A stretch of DNA of 64,000 nucleotides from an uncultured Chloroflexia bacterium (GCA_963819655.1 CAWFXA010000003.1:160001-224000), one strand, 5' to 3'; positions 30,081 through 41,538 are shown, counted from the stretch's first letter. Made by a program: numbers and translations. Notes: generated from the sequence alone by a model not told the origin.

Positions 30081-30956
30081 GTGATCGCCATGGCAATGCA
30101 GGCGTCAGAGGTACCGCGGGCGGTGGCTGCGGCCACGTCGACCGCCTCAGCCCTCGGCCTGAGGGTCGACGAGGCGATCGTTCTTCACGTCTCGAACAGG
30201 CTCGCGTTGCGCCTGCTGCCATCCGACGTTCTTGCGCGTGTGGCTCTCGCAACGCACGAGGCCGCAGAGCTCGAAGTCGAAGTCGCAACACGGCTGGCTG
30301 CAACGGACAGTCCCGTGGCGCTTCTCGATCCTCGAATGGCGCCGCGCGTCTACGAGCGCGACGGCTTCGCGATCACGCTCTGGACCTACTACGAGCCCCA
30401 ACCGGCTTGCGAGCTCTCACCAGCCGATTACGCTGACGCGCTCTCGCGGCTTCACGTCGGTATGCAGCACGTGGATGTCACCACGCCGCATTTCACGGAG
30501 CGCGTCAAGGAAGCTCAGCGAATCGTTGGAAACCGCGACCGGACTCCGGAGCTCGGCCAGGCGGACCGCGACCTTCTCGTGAGCACGTTCAGTCGCGTGA
30601 TGCGCGCGATCGCCGGGCGGGGCGCCGCGGAGCAGCTGCTGCACGGCGAGCCACACCCAGGGAACGTCCTCAACACCAAATACGGCCCGCTGTTCATTGA
30701 CCTCGAGACTTCGTGTCGCGGTCCGGTCGAATTCGACCTCGCCCATGTCCCGAAGGAGGTCAGCGAGTGCTACGCCGGCATCGATCAGGCACTGCTCGAC
30801 GATTGCCGCGTCCTCGTCCTTGCGATGGTCGCAGCCTGGCGGCTGGATCCTGAAGACCAGTTCCCGAGCGGAAGGCAGGCAGCCGTGGAGCTCCTCGCCG
30901 CTTTGTGGGCCGGTCCACCGTACCCGGCGCTCGGCGCCATCTCGGGCCTCAACTGA
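30081..30956 (+). CDS. Aminoglycoside phosphotransferase (APH/kinase-like) family protein
   Basis: LHGEPHPGNV and FIDLE motifs. Confidence 0.85.
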   Translation: MIAMAMQASEVPRAVAAATSTASALGLRVDEAIVLHVSNRLALRLLPSDVLARVALATHEAAELEVEVATRLAATDSPVALLDPRMAPRVYERDGFAITLWTYYEPQPACELSPADYADALSRLHVGMQHVDVTTPHFTERVKEAQRIVGNRDRTPELGQADRDLLVSTFSRVMRAIAGRGAAEQLLHGEPHPGNVLNTKYGPLFIDLETSCRGPVEFDLAHVPKEVSECYAGIDQALLDDCRVLVLAMVAAWRLDPEDQFPSGRQAAVELLAALWAGPPYPALGAISGLN

Positions 30957-31173
30957 GGCCGAGTCGAGCAGGGTCCGCACGCCAACCCGACATGTGACGT
31001 CCGGTAACGTCCGAGTCTAGGCCGCGACCGTCAGCCGCCGATGAATTGTCGGTGGCTCGTCGAGTGACATTTAGAGCACTCTGCCACCACGCGGTCACGT
31101 CACCAGCGATCCCGCTGGCCATCAAAGGGGCGTCGCCCGGACAGGCACGCTGGTCAAGGATGCAGGTCGGACG

Positions 31174-31677
31174 TCAGTAGTTGGGTTCCAGGCCCAGGGC
31201 CTTTCGCAGGATCTCCGCTTTGTCTGCCGCAGCGTCGGCCGCATCGTTGGCGGCCGCTGACAAGGAGATGGCCTCGGCGGGGCTATCGGCACGCGACGCC
31301 GCACGTGCTCGCTGCTGGAACGCGGTGTCGGCCTTGATGAGTGTCGTCGCAGCGGCCTGGACCTCAGGCGGAAATGCAATCTCCTTGACGCCATCGAGGA
31401 ATGTCGCGTCCGCCTCCGCGATCAATGCCCAATAGCGCTGGTGGTCCTTGAGTGACGCCCGAGGGTCGTAGAGCTCGTCGGCCCGCTCGATCGCGGCGTT
31501 GTAGGGCTCCGCGATGGCGGAATACGTCGCAGCGGCCTGTTCGAGCGTGAGGGATACGCCCTGGGACCCTGAAGGCACCACACTCGCTGTCACCGAGGGC
31601 GTCACTTGAGCCCGAGGGGCAGGAACGCACCCCAGCACCAGGAGCGCCAAGAAGACCACCGCACCTAGGTGGGCCAT
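31174..31677 (-). CDS. Helical lipoprotein
   Basis: Lipobox LVLGC, Ala-rich helices; 40 bp downstream of the dynamin gene. Confidence 0.65.
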   Translation of the reverse strand: MAHLGAVVFLALLVLGCVPAPRAQVTPSVTASVVPSGSQGVSLTLEQAAATYSAIAEPYNAAIERADELYDPRASLKDHQRYWALIAEADATFLDGVKEIAFPPEVQAAATTLIKADTAFQQRARAASRADSPAEAISLSAAANDAADAAADKAEILRKALGLEPNY

Positions 31678-31717
31678 CAGACCCTCTAAGCGTTGGTTGC
31701 GCGGTGGCTGGACAGCG

Positions 31718-33188
31718 TCACTGGGCGGCAGCGTGGATCTCCTCATAGGCGCGGCTGACGATCTCGGCCGCCTCGATCGTACGGCGGTCGCTCAACGGGT
31801 TGCCGGCCCGGCCGCGCCAGCGCTCGACACCCGCCAGAGCCGCGACGCGGACCTCGTCCGGGGACGCGCCGGCCGGCAGTCCGGCCCGCTCGGCATCCCG
31901 CCCCGACCCCCACAGCCGGCCGACCTCATCTCGCTCACTCGCGGCGAGCTCGAGATGGCCGGCGAGCACGAGATGCTGCAGCCGAAGGAGCGCCAGGGCG
32001 CCCGACGACGCCTCCAATCGATCGATCGCCTCCGTGACGTTCGCCGAGCCCGCAATGCCATCCCGTCCAAGCTTCGTCCCGATCGCCCGGAGCGCGACCA
32101 GCGCGGACCTCGCCTTCAGCAGGGTCGCCCGATCGCCGTATGCCTCGGCCAGCACCCGCTGCAAAGCGCGGATCCCGGACTGCTCCAGCAACGCCTCTGA
32201 CAATGCGGTCGCGCTCCGCACGCTCCCATCCGAGATCAGCCGGACCGCCAGGCGCACCCCATACAACCCGAGCCGGGCCAGCAGGTCCTCGCGGATCTCC
32301 TCGCCCAGCGGGTTGCGTTCCGGGTCGCGGAAACGCTCGACCGACGTCAACAAGTGATCCCGCGCGTCGGGCTCGAGCCGGACGAGCGCGCGCAGCCAGT
32401 CGAACTGTTCCTGGCGCAGCGTCGCGCCCGTCTCGGCGAGCAGGCCCGCCACGGGGAGCACGCCCGACGCGAGCTCGCGAACGCGGGGATCGGTCGCATA
32501 CCGTTCCGCGATCGACCGCGCCGAATCGAGCGCGTCCGGCCGTGCCGCGCCGATCTCGTCGGCGCGTGACAGCACCACGACCGCGTTGACCGGCGACGCC
32601 TGCGCGATCGAGTGGTCCATGAACGCCTCGAGGAAGCGCGCGTCGCCATGATGCAGATGGCGCATCAGGTAGACGACTGCGTCAGCCTCGGCCGGGCTGT
32701 CGACTCCCGCATCGAGCAACGAGGCGGTCGTGCGCATCGACGCCCGTTCGTCGGTCGAGCCGAGCCCCGGCGTATCGATCAGTGTCATCGACTCGAGCTT
32801 GGCCGATGGCCAGCCGACCTCGATGCGTTCGATCTCTTCGACTTCGCGCGTTCCGAGGTCGATCAGCTAGCTCGCCGTCCCGCCGTGTGAACTCGAGATC
32901 GGCGTGGCCCTCGGGCCGCAGGTCGGCGGTCACCCGATACCCGAGCCCGTGCCGGTACCACGTCACGATCCGGGTGCACTCCCCGGCGTCGGTGGCAGCC
33001 AGGCGCTCACCGACCAACGCGTTGAGCAGAGTCGACTTGCCGGCCTTCACGCGACCGGCGATCGCGACGCGGAGCGGTTCATCGAGGCGTCGAACGACGG
33101 CATCGACGGCCGCGGCCTGATCGGTCCCCCGGGCGACTCCCCGGGCCAACTCGGCGATCGCGCGGACCTCGGTCGCGAGATCGGTCAT
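31718..33188 (-). CDS. Bacterial dynamin-like GTPase, IniC-like (+1 frameshift near 32868)
   Basis: GRVKAGKSTLLNAL (G1), ECT (G2), DTPG (G3), SRADE (G4); split over ORFs 32682..33188 and 31718..32788. Confidence 0.85.
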
Positions 33189-33198
33189 CCGCGTCCGC

Positions 33199-35002
33199 CT
33201 ACGAAGGGAGGTCGAAACAGTTGCCGGTGTTCTGGATGACCGAGTGGTCGTGCCGCGCGACGAGGACGCACATCTGCGACGCGCCCGTGGGGCGATCGCT
33301 GACTTTGTAGCGGTCGAACGGCACCGGACCGTCGTACAGGATCCAGTTGCGGGAGTTGGCCGGCGTCCCGGCCTGGTCCGGCGGGATCGTGTCGAAGAAG
33401 AAGTGGATATGACGATCGAGAACGTCAGGCGAGAAGTTGAAGATGTCGTAGTCGACCAGATATGTGCCGCTGCTGACCGTGATGCCCGTGATCCGGGCCT
33501 GGCGACCGCCCGGGGTCGGGGTCGGCGTCGGCACGGTAGTCGGCGTCGGCGCGGCGGTCACGATCGGGCTCGGGGATGGCGTCACGGCGACGGACGGCGA
33601 AGCGGTGGGGATCGTCGCGACGGACGGTGCCGGGGACGGGGTGGCGGAGGCGCCGCCGAACATGCCGGACGAGGCCGCGACGGCGACCGCCCCGACCACT
33701 GCCATCCCGGCGATCGCCAGGCCTATGGGTAAGAGGTTCCGTGAGCCGCGGCCGCCGGGCGGCGGGGTCGGAGCGCCCGAGCCCCCCACGCCCGTTGCGG
33801 GCGTGTCCAGCGGGGGCGTCGGCGGGGACTCCTGCGGCGGCTCGGCGAGCGCGCCGGCAACGGCCGCGGTACCCGGGACCGCAACGGCCGCGACCGCAAC
33901 TGCCGCGACCCCGCCGACCTCCGTCGGCTCCGCCGCGACCCGCTGCTGCTCGGCCACGAACGCGGCGCCAAGGGCCATCGTGTGCTTCGGGTGTGCATCG
34001 ACCGCGACCGGCCGCCCGGTCGCCTCGCGCACCATCTCCTCGACGAGCGGGATCCGCGACGAGCCGCCGACGAGCAGGATCCGATCCACGTCCCCGAATC
34101 CAAAGCCGGCGCTGCGGGTCGCCCGGCCGAGTGCCTCGATCGTCTCGCGGATCCGGGGACGGATCATGTCCTCGAACTCCGCGCGCGTCAGGCGCATCTC
34201 GGTCTGCAGGCCAGGCAGGACGATCGGGATCGTCGCGTCGGTGTCCGACGACAGGGCCTCCTTGGCGCGACGACACTCGTCGCGGAGCCGGGCGATGGCG
34301 GCCATCGTCGCCGGGCTGGTTCGCATCGATCTGGACGCCCTGTGCGGTGGCGTGCTCGATCGCCCGCCGGAACAGCGCCTCATCGAAGTCGATGCCGCCG
34401 AGCCGCTCCAGCCCCTCCGGTTGACCAAGGAGCTCGAAACCCTCGTCGGTCTTGCGCAGGATCGTGGCGTCGAACGTCCCGCCACCGAAGTCGTAGACCG
34501 CCACGACCGAGCCGGACGGCACCCGCTCCTGGCGCGCGTAGTCGAGGGCGGCCGCCTCGGGCTCCGCCAGCAGCGAGACCTGGCCGATGTCGGCCTGTCG
34601 GACGGCCTGCTGGAGCAGGTCGAGCTTGTACGGCCCGTAGCTGGCCGGATGGCACAGGGCGATCGCCGCGGGCGGCTCCCCGAACTGCTGCGTGACCCGT
34701 GCGACGATCGAGCGCAGGAGGTGGGCGAGCAACGCCTCGGCTCCGTACGGGGTGCCGCCGAGGATGATCGGGGTCGGGTCGCCCAGGCGCCGCTTGAACT
34801 CGCGGCCCGTGCGCGTCGGTTCGGCGAGGGCTCGCCGCTCCGCGGCTTCGCCGACGAGGACCTCGCCGTCGGCACGCAGGAGCACGATCGACGGAATCGT
34901 CGCGGCGCGCTCGCCGAGTTGGAAGATCTCCAGTCGATCGCCGCGCGCGACCGCGGCCGCGGAGTACGTGGTCCCGAGGTCGATCCCGAGCGAGTAGGCC
35001 AT
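33199..35002 (-). CDS. Hsp70-family NBD fused to TM helix, Pro/Thr linker and extracytoplasmic domain (+1 frameshift near 34318)
   Basis: GIDLGTT, EPEAAA, YDFGGGTFD, LGGIDFD, LVGGSSRIP; no substrate-binding domain; TM LLPIGLAIAGMAVVGAVAVAA. Confidence 0.85.
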
Positions 35003-35161
35003 CAGTCCCTTCGATCGCTGGCAGGGCTCCCGAGTCTAGCGTGCGGGGCGCCGCGTGGGACGACCGATGAGACGTCGCGGCCGTCGTCGCGCGGCGCACG
35101 GGACACGTTCAGCGTGACGCCGGACGGTACACTCGCGGGCCGGAAGGAGGGACACACGCCG

Positions 35162-36966
35162 ATGCCGGCTGGGGTCATGGTCGCGCCCGCGACGGAGCAG
35201 CTCGATGCTGTCGTCGGCGACGTCCGCTCGATCGCTCGAAACCTCGATCGGGACGACCTTGCCGACCGGCTCGACGACATCCGGCGTCGGGCCGCGCGGA
35301 CGGACACCGTGGTCTGTGTGGTCGGCGAATTCAAGAAGGGCAAGAGCGCCCTCATCAACGCGCTGCTCGGCAGTGCGGTGTGCCCCGTCGACGACGATCT
35401 CGCGACGGCTGCCGTCACGGTCGTCCGCTACGGCGAGACGCCGAGCGCCACTAGTCCACCGCCGCGAGGGTGGCGAGTCGGTCGTCGAGCAGATCGAACC
35501 GACCGCCGTGCCCGACTGGGCGCAGGAGCCGGTCGGTCGTGAGCGTCGACCCCAGGTCGACCTCGTCGAGGTGCGCATCCCGAATCCGCTTCTCGAGGGC
35601 GGTCTCACGCTCGTCGACACACCGGGTGTCGGTGGCCTGAACGCCGGGCACGCCGCAGCGACGCTGGCCTTCCTCCCATCGGCCGATGCGCTCGTGTTCG
35701 TGACCGATGCGTCGGCTGAACTGTCGGGTCCGGAGCTGGAGTTCCTGGCCAGCGCCAGGGGCGCAGGCCCGCCGGTGCTCGTCGCCGTCACCAAGATCGA
35801 CATCTACCCGGCGTGGCGTCGCATCATCGACATCGATACCGGCCATCTGCAGGCGATCGGTTTCGCCGAACGGCCCTTCGGGCTGAGCGCGGCGCTTCGT
35901 GCCCGGGCCGATGAGCGGGACGACGAGAGCGGCTACGGGGCATTCTCCGAGGCTCTTCGTGGCGACGTCGTCGAGCGCGCCCGCGTGGCGAGCCTGGGCG
36001 CGGCGGTCGGCGACCTGCGCTGGGTCCTCGGGCAGCTGCGGGAGCCCCTCGTCGCCGAGCGAACAGCACTCGAACACCCGGAGCAGGCTGCCGCGATCGC
36101 CGCGGACCTCGCGGCCGTGCGCGAGCGGCTTGCGGCGTTGCGCCGAGCGGACGCCGCGTGGTCGACCCGGCTCGACGATGAGTTCGGCACCGTGCGCACG
36201 CGCGTCGCGTTCGGTTTCCAGCGCGACATGCGGACGATCCTGCGTGACGCGCAGGCCGAGATCGAGGGCACGGATCCGTCCGGGACGTGGCCGGAACTGA
36301 GCGCAAGGATCCAGGATCACATCGCGACTGCTGTCCGGGCGGCGTTCCGTGGCGCGACGACCGGCGCAGCCGATGTCCAGGCCACCATCGCTGACCTCCT
36401 GGCCGACGAGGAGCGCGGGTCCACCGACGCCGCGCCCTCGATCACGTTCGACGTCGGCGAGTTCTGGCGCGGTGACCCGGAGTTCGAGGGTCGGACGAAG
36501 TCGCGTCTGGGAGCCGGCTACGGCGTGGTGACCGGCGCCAAGGCCGGCGTCGAGCTGCTCGGTCTCGTCGGCACGCTGCTCGGTGCGGCGATCGTCGGGC
36601 CAGCCGTGCTCGGCGTGGCTGCGCTGTACGGCGGCAAGGAGGTCCTCGACGAGCGGCGCCGTCGTCTCACCGACCGCCGCCAGCAGGCGCGGAGCTTCCT
36701 CGCCGACCTCGTCGAGGAGATCGCCTTCCAGGTCGAGGGACGGCTGACCACGGTCCTCGACGAGATGCAGCGCCAGATGCGGGCACGCTTCACCGACCGG
36801 ATCGGTGAGCTGCATCGGACCGTCGGGGCGAGTGCCACCGCGCTGGAGCGTGCAGCGAAACGCGAAGTCGCGACCGCAACGCGCGCGCCAGGAGGAAGTC
36901 GATGCGACCCTCGACGAGATCGACGCGCTCCACGAGCGGGCGCGCGGGTTGCGGCCGGTGGTCTGA
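35162..36966 (+). CDS. Bacterial dynamin-like GTPase, IniA-like (+1 frameshifts near 35452 and 36875)
   Basis: GEFKKGKSALINAL, DTPGVGG, TKID, hydrophobic paddle LLGLVGTLLGAAIVGPAVLGVAALY, coiled coils. Confidence 0.85.
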
Positions 36967-37017
36967 CCCGAGGCGCCCGACCCCGTCGAAGGCCGCTGCG
37001 TGTAGCATCCTCGGACG

Positions 37018-37948
37018 ATGACCGACCTACCCGTCGGACCGCGACGACCGCCCGGCCGGCACGCGATCGATCGACGCGCTGACCGAGGAGTTCCGCAGCC
37101 GCGACTACATCACGGACCGCTCACTCGCGACCGCCGTGTTCCTTGCGTTGGAGCTCGGCCGCCCGCTGCTGCTCGAGGGAGAGGCCGGCGTCGGCAAGAC
37201 GGAGCTCGCCAAGGTCCTCGCGGCGTCACTCGGTGCGCGCCTGATCCGGCTGCAGTGCTACGAAGGCTTGGACGTCAACACGGCCGTCTACGAATGGAAC
37301 TACCCGCGCCAGATGCTGGAGATCCGGCTGCTCGAGGCGCGCGGCCAGGCCGAGCACGCCAGCGCCCACGACATCTTCGGGTCGGACTTCCTGATCCGCC
37401 GGCCGTTGCTGCAGGCGCTCGAGAGCGACGACGGCGTCGCGCCCGTCCTCCTGATCGACGAGATCGACCGGGCCGACGAGGAGTTCGAGGCGTACCTGCT
37501 CGAGATCCTGTCGGACTTCCAGGTCACGGTGCCGGAGATCGGCACGATCCGTGCCGAGAAGCCGCCGCGCGTGATCCTGACGTCGAACCGGACGCGCGAG
37601 GTCCACGACGCGCTCAAGCGCCGCTGTCTCTACCACTGGATCGACTATCCGACGGCCCAGAAGGAATACGAGATCGTGCTTGCGCGCGTTCCGGAGTCGC
37701 CGGAGCGCCTGGCGCGCGAGGTCGTCGGTTTCGTGCATCGACTGCGTGAGGCCGATCTGACCAAGGTCCCGGGCATCGCCGAGACGCTCGACTGGGCAGC
37801 CGCCTTGCTGTCGCTCGGCGCCCGTGAGCTCCGTCCCGACCTGGTCGACGAGACGCTCGGTGTCGTCCTCAAGTACGAGGAGGACATCCGCCACGTGCGC
37901 GGCGAACAGGCTGCCCGGATGCTCTCGGAGATCGCCGCTCGGGGCTAG
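37018..37948 (+). CDS. coxD: MoxR-family AAA+ ATPase CoxD (probable +1 frameshift in the 5' end)
   Basis: GEAGVGKT, RLQCYEG, LLIDEIDRADEEFEA, HDALKRRC. Confidence 0.88.
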
Positions 37949-37976
37949 CGACAGTAGCCAGGAGACAGAACGCCCG

Positions 37977-40154
37977 ATGACCTTCCCGGTCCAGGTCGGA
38001 CCGTCGACGATCACGATCAACCGCGACGACCGCGTCCTCGTCTCCCAGCCCGACGCGAGGGTGCTCGGCGAGTCAGACGGCTTCTTCACGCGCGACACGC
38101 GTTTCATCTCGGGCTACGACATGTGGATCAACGGGCGACGGCCGATCCTCCTCGCGTCGGGGCCCATCCAGTTCTTCTCGTCGCGGTTCGAGTTCACGAA
38201 CGAGGCGTCGGTCGATGCGGATGGCCCGATCGAACGCCAATCGCTCGCGCTGCGGATCGACCGGACCGTGGCGGATGCGGTGCACGAGGACATCGACCTC
38301 ACGAACTATGCACGCCGACCCGTGCGACTGACGATCGAGGTCGCGATCCTGTCGGACTTCGCCGACATCTTCGACGTGAAGGCGGGGCGGATCCTCCGGC
38401 GTGGCGAGGTCAACTCGCGCTGGTTCCGCTCCCGCGGTGAGCTCCGCACGACCTACGTGAACCGCGATTTCCGTCGGGACCTCGTCGTCGCGGTGGAGCG
38501 CGCCGGCTCGACCCCCCAGTTCGCCAACGGTCGCCTGGTCTTCGTCGCGAACATCCCTCCGAAAGGGACGTGGCACACCTGCCTGAAGTGGCTGCCGGTG
38601 ACCGGCGCGCACCGCCGGCCCCTCACACTGGCGTGCAACGCTGTCGATGCGCCGCTGCGCAAGATCGGTCGGACCACGCTGCCGAACGTCGCGATCCAGA
38701 CGCCGAACCAGGTCGTCGATCGCGCCTGGGACCAGGCCGTGCGCGATCTCGAGTCGTTGCGTCTCGAGGACCCGACGTTCGAGCGGGGCGTGTTCATCCC
38801 GGCAGCCGGGGTGCCGTGGTTCGTGACGCTGTTCGGACGTGACTCGCTGATCGTGTCGATGCAGGGGATCTCCGGCTTCCCGGAGTTCGCGGCCGGCGCT
38901 TTGCGGCGCCTGTCGGGTTTGCAGGCCACGAGCGACGACCCCGAACGCGACATGGAGCCCGGCAAGATCCCCCATGAGATCCGGCACGGCGAGCTTGCCC
39001 AGCTCGGGATCCTGCCGTATCAGCCGTACTACGGGACGCACGACGCGACCAGCCTCTTCGTGATCGTCCTGTCCTACCTCTATCACTGGACAGGCGACGC
39101 GAGCATCCTGCGCCGGTTCCTCCCGAATGCGGAAGCGGCGATGGCCTGGATCGACCGCTACGGGGATCGTGACAGCGACGGTTTCCAGGAGTACAAGACG
39201 CGGTCGTCGCACGGGTACTACAACCAGGGCTGGAAGGACGCGGGCGACGCGATCGTCGAGGCGGATGGCACGTTGGCAGCGCTCCCGATCGCCACGTGCG
39301 AGCTGCAGGGCTACGTGTTCGACGCGAAGAACCGGATGGCGGACGTGTACGAGGCGCTCGACCGGCCGAAGGACGCGCGCCGACTCCGCCGCCAGGCGCA
39401 GCGCCTCTACGAACGCGTGAACGAGACGCTCTGGTGGGAGGAGGAGGGCACGTACTACCTCGGGCTCAATGGCCGCAAGGAACCGATCCGGAGCGTCGCC
39501 TCGAACGCCGGTCATCTCCTCCAGTCGGGGATCGTCCCACCGGAGCGCGCCGGTCGCGTCGTGAAGCGCCTGATGGCCGACGACATGTGGTCTGGCTGGG
39601 GCGTCCGGACGCTGTCGTCCGCACACCCCGCGTACAACCCGTTCTCCTATCAGACCGGCTCTGTGTGGCCACACGACAACGCGTCGATCGCCGGCGGGTT
39701 CCGCCGGTACGGCTACGCGGCCGAGGCGGCCCAGGTCGCCAAAGGCATCTTCGATGCCGCGGAACGGCTGGTCGGTCTGCGGCTCCCCGAACTGTTCTCG
39801 GGCCTCCCGCGAGTGCCGGCCAGCTTTCCTGTGCCGTACCTCGGCGCGAACGTCCCGCAGGCATGGGCGGCCGGCTCGGTCTTCCGGTTCGTCGCGATCC
39901 TGTGCGGGCTGCACGCGACCGTCGATGCCGACGGGTCCAAGCTCTATGTCAACCCGGCACTCCCGGACTGGCTGCCCGAGATCACGATCCAGAACCTGCG
40001 GTTGGGGACCGGCTCGATGGCGATCCGTTTCGCCGACGGCGACGCCGAGGTGCTCTCGAACACGTCCGGCTATCGCGTCGTGCACGGACCCGCGCCCGGG
40101 CCATTCGGCAGTCGCGGCGCGGTCGTGGCAGAGTCACCGCATGCAGGCGCCTGA
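37977..40154 (+). CDS. Amylo-alpha-1,6-glucosidase / glycogen debranching enzyme (GDE N-terminal domain + (alpha/alpha)6 barrel)
   Basis: DTRFIS, AGVPWF.TLFGRD, PGKIPHE, NQGWKDA, Y.GSVWPHDN, LPELF; AGGAG upstream. Confidence 0.9.
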   Translation: MTFPVQVGPSTITINRDDRVLVSQPDARVLGESDGFFTRDTRFISGYDMWINGRRPILLASGPIQFFSSRFEFTNEASVDADGPIERQSLALRIDRTVADAVHEDIDLTNYARRPVRLTIEVAILSDFADIFDVKAGRILRRGEVNSRWFRSRGELRTTYVNRDFRRDLVVAVERAGSTPQFANGRLVFVANIPPKGTWHTCLKWLPVTGAHRRPLTLACNAVDAPLRKIGRTTLPNVAIQTPNQVVDRAWDQAVRDLESLRLEDPTFERGVFIPAAGVPWFVTLFGRDSLIVSMQGISGFPEFAAGALRRLSGLQATSDDPERDMEPGKIPHEIRHGELAQLGILPYQPYYGTHDATSLFVIVLSYLYHWTGDASILRRFLPNAEAAMAWIDRYGDRDSDGFQEYKTRSSHGYYNQGWKDAGDAIVEADGTLAALPIATCELQGYVFDAKNRMADVYEALDRPKDARRLRRQAQRLYERVNETLWWEEEGTYYLGLNGRKEPIRSVASNAGHLLQSGIVPPERAGRVVKRLMADDMWSGWGVRTLSSAHPAYNPFSYQTGSVWPHDNASIAGGFRRYGYAAEAAQVAKGIFDAAERLVGLRLPELFSGLPRVPASFPVPYLGANVPQAWAAGSVFRFVAILCGLHATVDADGSKLYVNPALPDWLPEITIQNLRLGTGSMAIRFADGDAEVLSNTSGYRVVHGPAPGPFGSRGAVVAESPHAGA

Positions 40155-41538
40155 CGATCCAGCTGTCGTCAAGGCCCCGTGGGGCCCCGAGGTCGATGGT
40201 CGACGCCTGCTGAACGAGGCGGTCGGCTTCGGACGCGCGCTGCGCACAGCCGGCCTCCACATCGACCTCGGTGCCGCGGTCGACTTCGCGCGGGCCCTGC
40301 CGCTTGTCGATATCGGCTCGCGCGAGCAGGTCCGAGCCGCCGGCGAGACCGTGTTCGTCCGCCGACGCGACGACCGCGAGACGTACGACGTCGTCTTCGA
40401 CCGCTGGTGGCGTGCCCGCGGTCGCCGTCCCGGCGACTTCCAGGCACCGGCGCTCCAGCGCCCGGACGGCACCGAGTCCGAGGGCGACGACCCGACCGGT
40501 GAGGCCGCGCCGATGCCGGGCGACGAGACGACCTCGACGCGCCCCGACGAGTGGGGCGTGCCGATCCCCACGGCCGGTGACGACGATGACGAGGCGGGCG
40601 ACGACATCGAGGGCGTCGTGGTCGCGCCCGACGCCTACTCGCGGGGCGAGATGCTGAAACACCGCGAGTTCGACCGGATGACGCCCGCCGAGCTGCGCGA
40701 CGCGGAACGTCTGGTCGACGAGCTGGTCCCGCGGCTGGAGCAGCGCCGGACCCGTCGGTACGAGTTGCACTCGCACGGCCGCCGGCTCGCCCCGCGGGCC
40801 ATGTTCCGCCGCAACCTGGGGACCGGCGGTCAGCTCATGTCGTGGGTCTGGCGCCGACCAGTGAAGGAGCCGCGCTCGCTGGTGGTGCTGTGCGACATCT
40901 CGGGCTCGATGGAGCGCCACTCCCGGTTGCTCCTCCGCTTCATCCAGGCGCTGTCCGCCTCGAGCGAGGTTCGCGCCGAGTCATTCGTGTTCGGGACGCG
41001 GCTGACGCGCGTGACGCGGCTGTTGCGCGACAAGGACCGCGATCGGGCCCTCGCGCGGGTCAGCGATGCGGTCAACGACTGGGCGGGCGGGACCCGCATC
41101 GGTGAGAGCTTCCGGATGTTCAACCAGAGATGGGCGCGCCGCTCGCTTCGCTCGAGCGGCGTGGTGATCGTCGTGTCCGACGGGTGGGACCGGGGCGATC
41201 CGAACCTCGTGGCGACCGAGACCGCGCGCCTCCGGCGGAACTGCCACAGGCTCGTGTGGCTGAACCCGCTGGCCGGCACGCCCGGCTACCAGCCACTGGC
41301 CGGCGGGATGCGTGCGGCGTTCCCGTACATCGACGACTTCCTGCCGGCCGGCACCGTCGCGTCGCTCGAGCGGCTCGGCGAGATCCTCGGCGGCGTCCGC
41401 TCCGCCGACACGCGACAGGGCGCCGAGGCAGCAGCCCACGCGTCACTCCCCGGTGTGACCGACCTGGCCGGTGTCGGGCCGCCGACCGTCGTCGGTGGCA
41501 CGCCCACCGATCCCACCACAGCGAGGCCGATCCGATGA
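40141..41538 (+). CDS. coxE: VWA domain protein CoxE
   Basis: DISGSM MIDAS, FVFGTRLTRVT, GGTRIG, SDGWD, WLNPL. Confidence 0.9.
   Translation: MQAPDDPAVVKAPWGPEVDGRRLLNEAVGFGRALRTAGLHIDLGAAVDFARALPLVDIGSREQVRAAGETVFVRRRDDRETYDVVFDRWWRARGRRPGDFQAPALQRPDGTESEGDDPTGEAAPMPGDETTSTRPDEWGVPIPTAGDDDDEAGDDIEGVVVAPDAYSRGEMLKHREFDRMTPAELRDAERLVDELVPRLEQRRTRRYELHSHGRRLAPRAMFRRNLGTGGQLMSWVWRRPVKEPRSLVVLCDISGSMERHSRLLLRFIQALSASSEVRAESFVFGTRLTRVTRLLRDKDRDRALARVSDAVNDWAGGTRIGESFRMFNQRWARRSLRSSGVVIVVSDGWDRGDPNLVATETARLRRNCHRLVWLNPLAGTPGYQPLAGGMRAAFPYIDDFLPAGTVASLERLGEILGGVRSADTRQGAEAAAHASLPGVTDLAGVGPPTVVGGTPTDPTTARPIR

Noticed and set aside
30081-30956. Bona fide aminoglycoside resistance gene
   Set aside because: Only generic APH-like kinase motifs, with HGE in place of the usual HGD; substrate cannot be assigned
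33199-35002. Canonical dnaK
   Set aside because: No substrate-binding domain, has a TM segment, and no grpE or dnaJ neighbours
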